A DNA stretch of 64,000 nucleotides from an uncultured Syntrophaceae bacterium (GCA_964390545.1 CAYMJV010000004.1:8476-72475); one strand, 5' to 3'; counted from the stretch's first letter, positions 19,692 through 29,078 are shown. Notes: a model not told the origin generated them from the letters alone. Translations and numbers: made by a program.

Positions 19692-20060
19692 AAGAAAGCC
19701 TCCCTTCCCAGAGTTACAGAGTAGAATATCTGATTTATATGTCCCTTTCAACACCCATTATCCCTTTTCCGCATTTGTTTTGTTTTCACTCAATTTAATC
19801 TGTTCTTTCTTTTAGCAAGGTCTGTCGTGTGCTTATCGCCTCATCTTTCAATCATTTTCATTCAAATCCCCAATTCGCAATCCGCAATCTTTTTAGCATC
19901 AGCCTATCACCTAATTCCTCTTTTTAAAGTACCAAGAAGTCCAAATCATGCAAATTTTTGATAAAATTTTGATCAAAAATTGTTAATTATGACATCGTTC
20001 AAAAAACTGTTTTTTCGAAATAATTCATAATTCTAAACACTTATCGCTATGTTGAATCAC

Positions 20061-20076
20061 TGGCATTAAAGTTGCT
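20061..20076 (+). promoter_or_regulatory. sigma-54 -24/-12 promoter (TGGCAT-N5-TTGCT)
   Basis: Read as TGGCATTAAAGTTGCT with canonical spacing, 24 nt upstream of the ORF at 20100. Confidence 0.7.
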
Positions 20077-20099
20077 TAACTAATCTCAGCGAGGTTACT

Positions 20100-20351
20100 T
20101 TGCAAAGCGGGTATGAGATGAACGACGGTGAATATTACTTGGGGATCAGCACAACAACAGACCCTAATCACCCTAAATTGGTCCTTGGGTTTAAGTTAGC
20201 TGGGGAAAAAGTGGAGATTTACAAGAACCGAGATGCGTACATTGTCGTCAATACAAAGACGGACAAGTACCTGATGTGCCTGGGTTGGAAACATGCACAC
20301 TATGTCTTTGAGGAGTGTGTCAGAACGCTAACCCCTATAGGGCGAGCCTAG
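20100..20351 (+). CDS. small hypothetical protein (83 aa from TTG; 77 aa from ATG at 20118)
   Basis: ORF directly downstream of a sigma-54 promoter. GAGG SD lies 5 nt before the TTG. No family recognised. Confidence 0.45.
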   Translation: MQSGYEMNDGEYYLGISTTTDPNHPKLVLGFKLAGEKVEIYKNRDAYIVVNTKTDKYLMCLGWKHAHYVFEECVRTLTPIGRA

Positions 20352-20462
20352 CAAGCAGATAAGGGAATGATCCTTTTCTAGCCGGTACGAAAATTTCCTG
20401 AGCCTGTTTAATATCAAACCAGAATCCCTCCTCCTATTCATCCAGGAAAGAAGATCATGATT

Positions 20463-21344
20463 CTAAAAGTTTAGAAGCGTCAGGTGCAATCCCTTGACCA
20501 CTTCGGCCGTCTGCTCAAAATCGAGGGTGTCAATCGTATCCGTCTCCAGGTGGTAATTCTTGTTCCTGAAGAAGGAAGTGTCCGTGATCATGATGGCTCT
20601 GAATCCATAATGCCAGAAGGAGTAGTTGTCGGAAAGATTAATGCCTCCGAAAAATTCCGGGGCTGTCAAGGACCTTGAATCGAGCCCCGAATATCTTCTT
20701 ATGCCTTTCTTAAAGAGAGAGACATATTTGGAAGAACGGAAATTTCCAACCACCCCGATGTAGTTTCCTGTTTTAGGATAGAAAAATGCCATGCCCGGGA
20801 AGGGATACCGTTGAATGGTCTCCTTGCTGAAATATCCGATCATCTCAAGAGAGATCATTACCTCCACCGGGGTCTTCTGATCCCTTAGATGTTTTGCATA
20901 GACCATGCTCCCCATATGCGGGGATCCAAAGCAGGGAGGCTCTTCGTTCGCAAAGGCAGCAAAGACGAGGGTCTTTTGATTGGCACAAGGTTGATGCAGT
21001 CTCGCCAATTCCAGTAGTCCTGCTAGGCCTGAGGCGTTATCATCTGCCCCCGGTGTTCCAGGCACCGTATCATAATGGGCACCGATAATTAAAATCTCCT
21101 TATCGCTTCCTTTTTTTTCAACGATTAGATTCGAAACACTTTTGCTGTAACAGTTGTAGGTTTGGCGCCAGACCTCGTACCCATAAGAGGTGAGGACAGA
21201 TTCGATATATTCTGTAGCCTGGCTAAGGGAGCCATTCCTCCAGAGATGGCGCTCTCCGATCTTCACCGAGAGGTGCTCTACATGTCGATAGAGGTTTCTT
21301 GTTACCTCCTCTTTCTGGAAAGTCGGAATTTCATCTTTTTTCAT
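20463..21344 (-). CDS. M28 family metallopeptidase
   Basis: Motifs GAHYDTV, ADDNASG, ANEEPP and a C-terminal HLETD. Confidence 0.8.
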   Translation of the reverse strand: MKKDEIPTFQKEEVTRNLYRHVEHLSVKIGERHLWRNGSLSQATEYIESVLTSYGYEVWRQTYNCYSKSVSNLIVEKKGSDKEILIIGAHYDTVPGTPGADDNASGLAGLLELARLHQPCANQKTLVFAAFANEEPPCFGSPHMGSMVYAKHLRDQKTPVEVMISLEMIGYFSKETIQRYPFPGMAFFYPKTGNYIGVVGNFRSSKYVSLFKKGIRRYSGLDSRSLTAPEFFGGINLSDNYSFWHYGFRAIMITDTSFFRNKNYHLETDTIDTLDFEQTAEVVKGLHLTLLNF

Positions 21345-21407
21345 TTGGTTTTGGAAGTCTTATCGCTCGTGTCATCCGAATCCCTTTCAGGGCATGGGAC
21401 ATCCCCA

Positions 21408-22316
21408 CTAAACCTGGCAGACTTTTCTGAAATTACACCGGAGGGTTACCGGTTCGTCCTTCACCTTACTGAAACGCTCTTCCTCCAAGGGAGTGTTCTT
21501 CTCCATATCCATCAACAGAGACTGCATATCCTTGACGCTTCCCCGGATATATCCTTTAATCGCATTGGCCTCTTGATGGCCCACGGAAAACCAATTTGCC
21601 TTGTCAAAAGAGAGATTGTACTCAATCACCCGGAGGGACTCCGGAGGAGAGTGCCATCTTTCCATTGCGTAGAGGGCATAGCAGGAGAGTTGGATGCTGA
21701 GGTCCTCGGAAAGGCTCTTCCCTGTCTTCCAGTCGTAGATGAATGCGTCCTCTCCCTCCTTGATGGCACAGTCAATGACCAGATTGATCTTCACCTGGTC
21801 CAGATGGAATGAGGAGAACTCTTCCACTTCCAGCCACCCTGCCTTCGGATGGGATTTCAAGCCGGCGTAGATATCGGAGGCGTAGAAATGTCTGAGGCAG
21901 GTTTCCACATGATTGGCCACTTCCTTCCACTCCTCGTCCGGCACTTCCATCTCATATTCATGCTCAAAGAGGGCACAGGCCTTGGGATTCTTCCAGTAAT
22001 TCTTCAATTTTGAGGAGCGGAACTCAGCCCTCATCTGATCGAGGGTGATGGCGACGATTTCATCGACTGGAAGGACCCGGATCCCTCTTCGGATATTGTT
22101 GAGGCTTCTCTCGATACACTCATGGACCTTCTCTCCGGCCCAGGCGTGTCGGTTTTTGAGGTTCTTCAGGATGTAGATTTGGCGGGTTCTTTCCGGAGCA
22201 TCTTCGAGCCAGCCGTTCCAGTAGCCATAATAGGCAAACCAGTATTGCCTAGGACAGGTCTTGAAGATCTCATCTCTCGTCTTCGACCAGGAAAATTCGT
22301 TTTTCAGTTCGGTCAT
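21408..22316 (-). CDS. PD-(D/E)XK nuclease, Cas4/RecB-family-like (orphan)
   Basis: 302-aa ORF with N-terminal Cys (FKTCPRQYW), IDC...IYDWKTGK (D..DxK), the QLSCYALY (QxxxY) motif, and C-terminal CNFRKVC. Confidence 0.7.
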   Translation of the reverse strand: MTELKNEFSWSKTRDEIFKTCPRQYWFAYYGYWNGWLEDAPERTRQIYILKNLKNRHAWAGEKVHECIERSLNNIRRGIRVLPVDEIVAITLDQMRAEFRSSKLKNYWKNPKACALFEHEYEMEVPDEEWKEVANHVETCLRHFYASDIYAGLKSHPKAGWLEVEEFSSFHLDQVKINLVIDCAIKEGEDAFIYDWKTGKSLSEDLSIQLSCYALYAMERWHSPPESLRVIEYNLSFDKANWFSVGHQEANAIKGYIRGSVKDMQSLLMDMEKNTPLEEERFSKVKDEPVTLRCNFRKVCQV

Positions 22317-22487
22317 GAAGTGGCTTTCATTCTACTCTCGTAAAGAATGCTTTGGTCCGTGGGGATATCTCCTTCGGGTATCTTCTCCTTTCTTCACAGA
22401 ACACCGAAAATAGTATAATCGATTCAAAGAAAAATTGAAATCCGGACTTTTCAGGGACCCCTTTGAATGACAACCTCCCTGTGTGCC

Positions 22488-22513
22488 AAATTTGTCAGTT
22501 GTCTGACAAATTT
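22488..22513. promoter_or_regulatory. perfect 11-bp inverted repeat AAATTTGTCAG-TTGT-CTGACAAATTT (candidate UAS)
   Basis: Read directly. The centre is ~93 bp upstream of the -24 GG at 22593. An extra TGACAA lies at 22468-22473. Confidence 0.5.
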
Positions 22514-22591
22514 GTTCAAAATTGCTGGAATTTAGGGAGAAGCAGATTTTCAATCCTTTTTGGAAACGATAAGTTATCGATTTTAAAGAGA

Positions 22592-22607
22592 TGGCATGGG
22601 ATTTGCT
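22592..22607 (+). promoter_or_regulatory. sigma-54 -24/-12 promoter (TGGCAT-N5-TTGCT)
   Basis: Read as TGGCATGGGATTTGCT with canonical spacing. Confidence 0.7.
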
Positions 22608-22760
22608 TTAATTAACCAACAGGATCGATGCCTTTTCTGACGGGAAGGCGGGAACCCTGATATTACCAAAAAGGGATTGATTGCGGCTAAGGATTGGTCA
22701 AAGATGACCACTGCTCTGATCAAAGGAGATCAACACTCAAATCATCATGGGGGAGCCGCC

Positions 22761-22943
22761 ATGAAAACGAAAGAAGGAGATCAATTCAAGAACGCTGTGG
22801 ATGGGGTGGAATATATCCTTAGGAAAATTGTGAATCGAATGGCTCTTCTTGAATCTAAAGACGGAAAGAGGCAGATTCTAACAGAGGTTGATAATCTAAA
22901 AATTGACTCCTTCTATCAGAAAATGGAATTGAACGAGACATAA
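22761..22943 (+). CDS. small hypothetical protein (60 aa)
   Basis: The ATG at 22761 is preceded by GGGGGAG 5 nt upstream. The tracked ORF starts at a TTG (22677) with no good SD. No family recognised. Confidence 0.4.
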   Translation: MKTKEGDQFKNAVDGVEYILRKIVNRMALLESKDGKRQILTEVDNLKIDSFYQKMELNET

Positions 22944-22995
22944 GAATCACGAAAATTCTTCCTCTCATCCTTCCTTTTCTTCTCTTCTCTGAAAG

Positions 22996-25365
22996 CTAAT
23001 AAAGCAAATACTTAACCCGTAACTTTTGAAACTCTTCAAGAGATTCTTCCCATTTCGACACAATGAAGTGAGGTTCGCTCTCCTTGAGGGCGTCGACAAG
23101 CCAGCGACTGCCCATCAGCCCAAGCGTCTTGTCGATCTCAAAATCCTTTGGGTACAGCCGGTAAAGCGCACTTGCGATTTCAATCCCGAGGGAGGGAGAA
23201 TCAAAGCACTGACGGTCATTCAGGATAATCTGAATCCCATGGCACGGCTGGTCTTTGAAGCGATACCTGTGAGGTACAAAATGGGCTGGCCTGAATCTGA
23301 CCCCAGGGATCTGGCGCTCATTCAAATACTGGGTCAGCTCATCAGCACTCACCCATGGAGCGCCGAGGAGCTCGAAAGGAGTGTCCGTCCCTCTCCCCAC
23401 GCTCACGTTGGCTCCCTCGACCATGGCGACTCCAGGATAGAGAATCGCTTGGGTGAGAGATCGTAAGTTGGGAGAGGGATTCACCCAGGGCAGGCCGGTC
23501 TCATCATACCAGCTTGTCCGCCGGTAGTCGGCCATTTTGATGACATGGAGCTTCACGCCGATCTTGTTTTCGACATTGAACATCTCCGCAAGTTCTCCCA
23601 CGGTCATGCCATGCCGGATCGGCAAAGGAAAATAGCCGGTAAAGGATTTCATGTCCCTATTCATCATCGGCCCCTGGATCCTCGAGCCTGTAAGAGGATT
23701 CGGTCGGTCCAGAACATAGAACGCGATCCCTTTCTTTGCCGCGGCTTCCATCGCATAGCCCAGCGTGGTGATGTAGGTGTAGAAGCGCGTCCCCGCATCC
23801 TGGATATCAAAGACCAGAGCATCAAGGCCATCCAACATCTTCTTCGAAGGCTTTAGAATATCTCCATAAAGGCTATAGACAGGCAGGCCCGTCAATGAAT
23901 CCCTACTATGGCGCACCCTGCCCTCCAGCTTGCCAGAGAGGCCATGCTCCGGACTGAAGATCTTCACCAGGCTCACCCCGGGCGCGCGTCGGATGAGATC
24001 TATGGAACGCCTTCCCCCCGAATTAACACCGGAGTGGTTCGTAATGAGCCCCACACGTAATCCGACCAAGGGGGAGAACTTCTTTGCAACCAAAACGTCC
24101 AGTCCCGTTTGTACCTTTCCCTGTGAATCCCCACCGTAGTAGTTCTTCAGGGAGGGTCTCTTTGCGAGAACTTGTTCCGGGAAAACCATCCCAACCACCC
24201 CGTTGATAAGAGACAGGATCTGAGATCGCAGAGGATCGGCATTGCCTTTGCCAATGGGATGCAAGCGACTGGTTAGAATGATCACATAGGTCTCAGAAAT
24301 TGGATCGATCCAGATGCCAGTGCCGGTGAACCCTGTATGTCCATAAGAGCCTGCGGGGAAGAGTTCATCGCGATTGGAGGCAAAGGGTCCGTCGATGTCC
24401 CACCCCAACCCTCGTAATGGGAGTCGATCAGACGGCGATTGGGGCAGAGTCATCTTCTCGACCGTAGAAGGTTCAAGAATTCTTACATCGTGAAGGCTGC
24501 CGTCATTAAGCATCATCCGGACGAAGATCGAAAGGTCATCGGCCGTTGAGAAGAGCCCAGCATGACCGGCGACACCGCCCATTCTGGAGGCGACTCCATC
24601 ATGGACAGTCCCTCGGCACATCTGCCCTGTTGCCCGGTCCCACTGGGTAGGTGCGATGCGATGATGAAGATCAGGAGGGGGCTTGAAGCAGCTATCTTTC
24701 ATTCCAAGGGGCCTGAAGATATACTCATCGCAATACTGATCAAGGGATTGCCCTGAAATGCGTTGGATGAGCTCACCGAGGATTTGAAAATTGATATCAC
24801 TGTAGGTGAAGAGTGTTCCTGGAATGGAGATGGGTTTCTCTTCAACAATCTTCTTGAGCCCTTCTTTGTAACCAGACCAATCAGGTCTTAGATCGAGTCC
24901 GGATCGAAGCCCCGAATAATGGGTGAGAAGGTGACGGACCGTGATTTGTTCTTTCCCATTTATGTTAAACTCCTGCCAGTATTTAGCGATGGGGTCATCG
25001 AGCCTCACTTTCCCGGTTTCGATGAGCTGCATGAACGCTGTCGTCGTAGCAATGACCTTGGTGAGGGATGCAACGTCGAAAATGGTATCCGGGGTCATAG
25101 GCACCCTTTTCGGCTTAAATGCTCGCAGGCCCAAAGCGCAACGATAGAGAACCTTTTCCCGGTTCCCAATCAGAATAACGGCTCCTGGAACCTGGCCTGT
25201 TCGAATCGCTCTCTTGGTACTTTCTTCAATGGCTGCTATTTGCTCCCGGGAGAGTGCTTCCAGGGAATGGGCTGGAGAAAAGAGGAAGGTTTGGATCAAC
25301 GCAGGAAGTATCAGTATGAAAGAACTTTTTGACCATGCCACCATTTTAATCTTTTTGTCGGACAT
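22996..25365 (-). CDS. secreted fusion protein: beta-lactamase-fold serine hydrolase (N) + DUF1343 / NamZ-like exo-muramidase domain (C)
   Basis: 789 aa with a signal peptide. SxxK motif (ASLTKV) and YSGL are in the N-terminal half. The C-terminal half (GLDVL...VGLITNHSGV...FSPEHG...) matches the DUF1343 family pattern. Confidence 0.8.
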   Translation of the reverse strand: MSDKKIKMVAWSKSSFILILPALIQTFLFSPAHSLEALSREQIAAIEESTKRAIRTGQVPGAVILIGNREKVLYRCALGLRAFKPKRVPMTPDTIFDVASLTKVIATTTAFMQLIETGKVRLDDPIAKYWQEFNINGKEQITVRHLLTHYSGLRSGLDLRPDWSGYKEGLKKIVEEKPISIPGTLFTYSDINFQILGELIQRISGQSLDQYCDEYIFRPLGMKDSCFKPPPDLHHRIAPTQWDRATGQMCRGTVHDGVASRMGGVAGHAGLFSTADDLSIFVRMMLNDGSLHDVRILEPSTVEKMTLPQSPSDRLPLRGLGWDIDGPFASNRDELFPAGSYGHTGFTGTGIWIDPISETYVIILTSRLHPIGKGNADPLRSQILSLINGVVGMVFPEQVLAKRPSLKNYYGGDSQGKVQTGLDVLVAKKFSPLVGLRVGLITNHSGVNSGGRRSIDLIRRAPGVSLVKIFSPEHGLSGKLEGRVRHSRDSLTGLPVYSLYGDILKPSKKMLDGLDALVFDIQDAGTRFYTYITTLGYAMEAAAKKGIAFYVLDRPNPLTGSRIQGPMMNRDMKSFTGYFPLPIRHGMTVGELAEMFNVENKIGVKLHVIKMADYRRTSWYDETGLPWVNPSPNLRSLTQAILYPGVAMVEGANVSVGRGTDTPFELLGAPWVSADELTQYLNERQIPGVRFRPAHFVPHRYRFKDQPCHGIQIILNDRQCFDSPSLGIEIASALYRLYPKDFEIDKTLGLMGSRWLVDALKESEPHFIVSKWEESLEEFQKLRVKYLLY

Positions 25366-26254
25366 TATTTGTGAGATTTGAAAGTGTTCCTATTTTTAGA
25401 AGGGAAAGTGGATCCACTCGAGCCCCATTGATTCTAATTCCCCAATGCAGGTGAGGACCCGTGGATCTTCCCGTGGATCCCACCCGACCCAGTATGGCTC
25501 CTGTACGGACTAGATTTCCTTCCTTGACGAGTACTTCTGAGAGATGGAAATACATTGAGTATAACCCCCATCCATGATCAAGAAGGACCGATTTCCCGGT
25601 GAAGAAGAGCTCATCCACGAGGACAACCACCCCATGATTGCTGGCCAATACAGGGGTTCCTTTCTCTGCTCGTAGGTCAACCCCGGTATGTTGACTTCTT
25701 TGCTGTCCATTAATGATACGGTTTAATCCAAATCCTGTGGAGATTTCCCCCTCCACTGGACGGACAAAAACACCCTCCCAAAGTTTTTCATCCCGGAAGG
25801 TTTGAAACAAGGCCTGCAGCTTCCTTGCCTCCTGATTGACTCGTTCAAGAGTCTTCGCATCCAAATCTACCATGGAAGGTGGTAGCGAAAGGGCCTGGAT
25901 CCCGAAATCAACCTTCTCCACCCTTAATGAAAGGGTGTTCGAATAAACCCTGTTGTCTGAATCTGTCGCAATGACTTTGATTTCATAAGTTGCAGGTGAG
26001 GTGCTCATGTCAATTCCAATGAGGCCCTCGTAAGTCCCTGTTTCGTTGTTGAAGGCGATTGGAAATCTTTCTCCCTGAAATTCCCCATGGATGGACTTGA
26101 GGGATGCCGGCCTTGATGTCCTTACAAGGCATACATCCCCTTGCCTGGCCACCTTCGGGAAAGACTCAACGCGAAGATCGCTTTCACCGTGCGCAGCTAT
26201 TCCCGTGGTTATTAGGAGAACAGGGATAAGAAGAACCTGCAAGAAAAGTCTCAC
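25346..26254 (-). CDS. M23 family metallopeptidase
   Basis: HTGVDL and GPHLHW motifs with a signal peptide. GTG start. Its 3' end overlaps the downstream fusion gene by 20 nt. Confidence 0.85.
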   Translation of the reverse strand: MRLFLQVLLIPVLLITTGIAAHGESDLRVESFPKVARQGDVCLVRTSRPASLKSIHGEFQGERFPIAFNNETGTYEGLIGIDMSTSPATYEIKVIATDSDNRVYSNTLSLRVEKVDFGIQALSLPPSMVDLDAKTLERVNQEARKLQALFQTFRDEKLWEGVFVRPVEGEISTGFGLNRIINGQQRSQHTGVDLRAEKGTPVLASNHGVVVLVDELFFTGKSVLLDHGWGLYSMYFHLSEVLVKEGNLVRTGAILGRVGSTGRSTGPHLHWGIRINGARVDPLSLLKIGTLSNLTNNVRQKD

Positions 26255-26409
26255 CTGATCGCTCCCCTTATCTGATCATTTTCTGTTTCTAACGTCTTCA
26301 AAACAAAATGTTCTTTGCTCTATGCCGTGTGCTGTTAGGACAAGTTGCTATTTTCCATTTAGGTAAGTATGATTTTTCATAATAAGAACATCCTCAGGAG
26401 GGCTTGTCA

Positions 26410-26826
26410 ATGGGAAAAGAAACCTATCTCAAGCAGGTGATGAAAATAGCAAACAGTTCCCCTTACTATCGGCTCCTTGGAATGGAAGTCAAGGAAATCA
26501 AGGAAGGGGAGTCCAGAATCGAGATGCCATTTAAGCAAGATCTGACGCATCCTTATGGGATTGCCCATGGGGGAGCCATCGCATCTCTTGCCGATTCTGC
26601 TGTAGCGATGGCTTTGATAGACCTGGTAGACCCCAGGGATCGAATCGCCACGATTGAGTTTAAGATCAACTTCTTTGCTTCCGTAGACAAAGGAGAACTG
26701 GAGGCGCATGCCAAAATCATTCACAAAGGTTCGAAAACAGCGGTTGGCGATGTTGAGGTCGTCAACGAGAAAGGGAAATTGGTGGCGAAGCTAGTAGCCA
26801 CTTACAGCATTAAGAGAAGTGATTAA
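26410..26826 (+). CDS. PaaI-family hotdog thioesterase
   Basis: GIAHGGAIASLADSA motif. The ATG at 26410 has an AGGAGG SD, whereas the tracked ORF starts at TTG 26404. Confidence 0.8.
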   Translation: MGKETYLKQVMKIANSSPYYRLLGMEVKEIKEGESRIEMPFKQDLTHPYGIAHGGAIASLADSAVAMALIDLVDPRDRIATIEFKINFFASVDKGELEAHAKIIHKGSKTAVGDVEVVNEKGKLVAKLVATYSIKRSD

Positions 26827-26967
26827 AGTGACGAGCAGCCAACCTTAGGGAGAGAAGTTTCACTCTCATGGTCATAGAAGGATTATGGGTGAGAGTGATG
26901 AGATCTGTTTATTCTCTTCCGGAGCAAGGTGCACTGGAGCGATAACCAGAGGATCCGTAATTTAATT

Positions 26968-27651
26968 CTAAAACTTCTTATCATATTCCTCCTTAAATCG
27001 GTTCACTTCGGCTGCATACCGGGTGTGGGACTCGGTGATGCCTGTCTGGGAGAGAGAAGTGGGCCCTGCGTAGTAAGCCGATAGGGCAGACTCCCAGGCT
27101 GTCGATTCAGATGTGGCGGTGGTTCTGTAATATTCGTAAAGATCTTTGAGGATATGGGTGGCCATCGTAATGTTTGTGGCCGGATCGAAAGCCGCATGGA
27201 CCGAGAGCTTGAGATTCAGCTTTTTTACGAACCAGTCCCAGGTGACAGGATGAATCTGCATGAGACCCATCGCGTTCTGGGAGGAAAGGGCAAAAGGAGT
27301 GAAGGTGCTCTCCTTCCTCATCACGGCGAGGATCAGAGACACCGGAAGGTTCAATTTTTTCGATTGCTGAATCGTTACTTCCGCGATGTCGAGGCCCTGA
27401 CTTAAACTGATGCCCTTACTCCTCAATATCGAATAGATGGTTTCCTTCGTCTTTAGCTCCTCAAACTCCTGCCTCTGAAGGATGAATGCCGTCCTGATTT
27501 TTGCCTCATAAAAAAGTGACCATCCCAAGGAGGCGATGATCGTCAGATAGAAGAGATGAGTCAGGACAAACCAGCCCCTCCATCTTCTCTTTGATCGTTC
27601 GTGGGTGGATCTCCAAATGACAGGAGATTCATAATGCTTGCTCTTTACCAT
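26968..27651 (-). CDS. lytic transglycosylase (SLT domain) with N-terminal TM
   Basis: VMRKESTF...GLMQI motif. The ATG at 27651 has a GGAGGA SD 6 nt upstream. Confidence 0.75.
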   Translation of the reverse strand: MVKSKHYESPVIWRSTHERSKRRWRGWFVLTHLFYLTIIASLGWSLFYEAKIRTAFILQRQEFEELKTKETIYSILRSKGISLSQGLDIAEVTIQQSKKLNLPVSLILAVMRKESTFTPFALSSQNAMGLMQIHPVTWDWFVKKLNLKLSVHAAFDPATNITMATHILKDLYEYYRTTATSESTAWESALSAYYAGPTSLSQTGITESHTRYAAEVNRFKEEYDKKF

Positions 27652-27974
27652 CGTTGATCCTCCATACCAAAAGTTCACCCTGAGCGCGCTTTTATACCCC
27701 CTTTAAAGAATAGGGCTTGGGCGCAGTCGAATGGGTCGAATCGGATATCTTTATACTGAGCAAAGAATATGCCGTTTCCTTGTCTTGACACGATTTGACT
27801 CCATTGATTACCCATTGACATGAACCGCCTCTTAATGTGTGTACCCATTTTCCATTTTTTCTCGATTTTTTTCCTTTATGGGAAAAGTTTTTCCCAAGCG
27901 GGTATGGCAACACGCGTAGAGCGGAGCGGAAAAATGGCGAATCAGAGGTTTATCCATTATAATGTTTAGACCTT

Positions 27975-29078
27975 ATGCGGTTCGTCCTCTTTGTTGGCAT
28001 CGTCCAATCCATTCTCCTCTTTGGCCACTGGTTTCTCTATAGAACCTTGGTACGCTTTTTCGGGCTGGCGAATCCATCGGTCCTTTTGACGATGAGAGTT
28101 GGCATGGCTCTGCTGTCCGTCAGCCTTGTGGCAACATCCTTTCTTGCTTTTCGCTATTCGAACCTTCTGGTGCGATGCCTTTATACGGGTGCCGCCTCGT
28201 GGCTGGGGATTTTCTATTTTCTTATTCTCGCAGCCATCCTCGCCTGGATCTCCTACGGCCTGGCTAAATCATTTCACTTCCCCTTGGATCGAAAAATATT
28301 GATCGAGATTTTGATCGGGATCGCCTTCGTGGCAAGTCTGTACGGATTTATCAATGCAGCAGTGATCCGCATCACCCGAATCAATGTTCAACTCCCTGGT
28401 CTTGCCAGTTCATGGAAGGGCAAAACCGCAGTCTGGGTGAGCGATACCCACTTGGGCCAGGTAAGAAATTTTGGGTTTGCTCAGAAGATTGCGGCCATGG
28501 TGCAGGATTTACATCCGGATATTGTTTTCATTGGGGGTGACCTCTATGATGGGGAGGCGGTGGATGGGGATAAGGTGATCGAGCCTTTCTCCCGGCTCTC
28601 CGCTCCTTATGGTACCTATTTTATTACGGGGAACCATGAAGAATTTTACGACAACACCAAATACCTTCAAGCCGCTCGTCGCGCCGGGATGAGGGTCTTA
28701 TATAACGAAAAGGTTGAACTGGATGGCTTGCAGATCATCGGGGTCGATTACCGAGATACGAGGAGGGAGGAGCCGTTTAGATCAATTTTGAAAGAGATAG
28801 GGATCGATCGACTAAAGCCAAGTATTCTGTTAAAACATGCCCCCTTTTATTTGCAGGCCGCAAGAGATCATGGAATTACGCTTCAGCTTTCGGGACACAC
28901 TCACCATGGCCAGGTTTTCCTTTTCCGATTCATTACCTCACGCGTTTACCAAGGTTATGATTATGGATTAAAAAGGTTTGGAGACCTTTCAGTCTATACT
29001 TCCAGCGGGGCTGGCACCTGGGGGCCGCCCATGCGCGTGGACACAAAGCCGGAAATCGTGGTCATTACGTTTAGGTAA
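27975..29078 (+). CDS. membrane-anchored metallophosphoesterase
   Basis: Four N-terminal TM segments followed by SDTHLG, GGDLYDG, GNHE and GHTHHG motifs. Confidence 0.8.
   Translation: MRFVLFVGIVQSILLFGHWFLYRTLVRFFGLANPSVLLTMRVGMALLSVSLVATSFLAFRYSNLLVRCLYTGAASWLGIFYFLILAAILAWISYGLAKSFHFPLDRKILIEILIGIAFVASLYGFINAAVIRITRINVQLPGLASSWKGKTAVWVSDTHLGQVRNFGFAQKIAAMVQDLHPDIVFIGGDLYDGEAVDGDKVIEPFSRLSAPYGTYFITGNHEEFYDNTKYLQAARRAGMRVLYNEKVELDGLQIIGVDYRDTRREEPFRSILKEIGIDRLKPSILLKHAPFYLQAARDHGITLQLSGHTHHGQVFLFRFITSRVYQGYDYGLKRFGDLSVYTSSGAGTWGPPMRVDTKPEIVVITFR

Noticed and set aside
21162-21812. 216-aa plus-strand ORF
   Set aside because: It is antisense to the M28 peptidase and the PD-(D/E)XK nuclease and spans their intergenic gap. 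It shows no motif support.
27692-27913. 73-aa minus-strand ORF between the SLT and metallophosphoesterase genes
   Set aside because: It has a basic low-complexity sequence, no SD and no family resemblance. The region more likely holds the divergent promoters.
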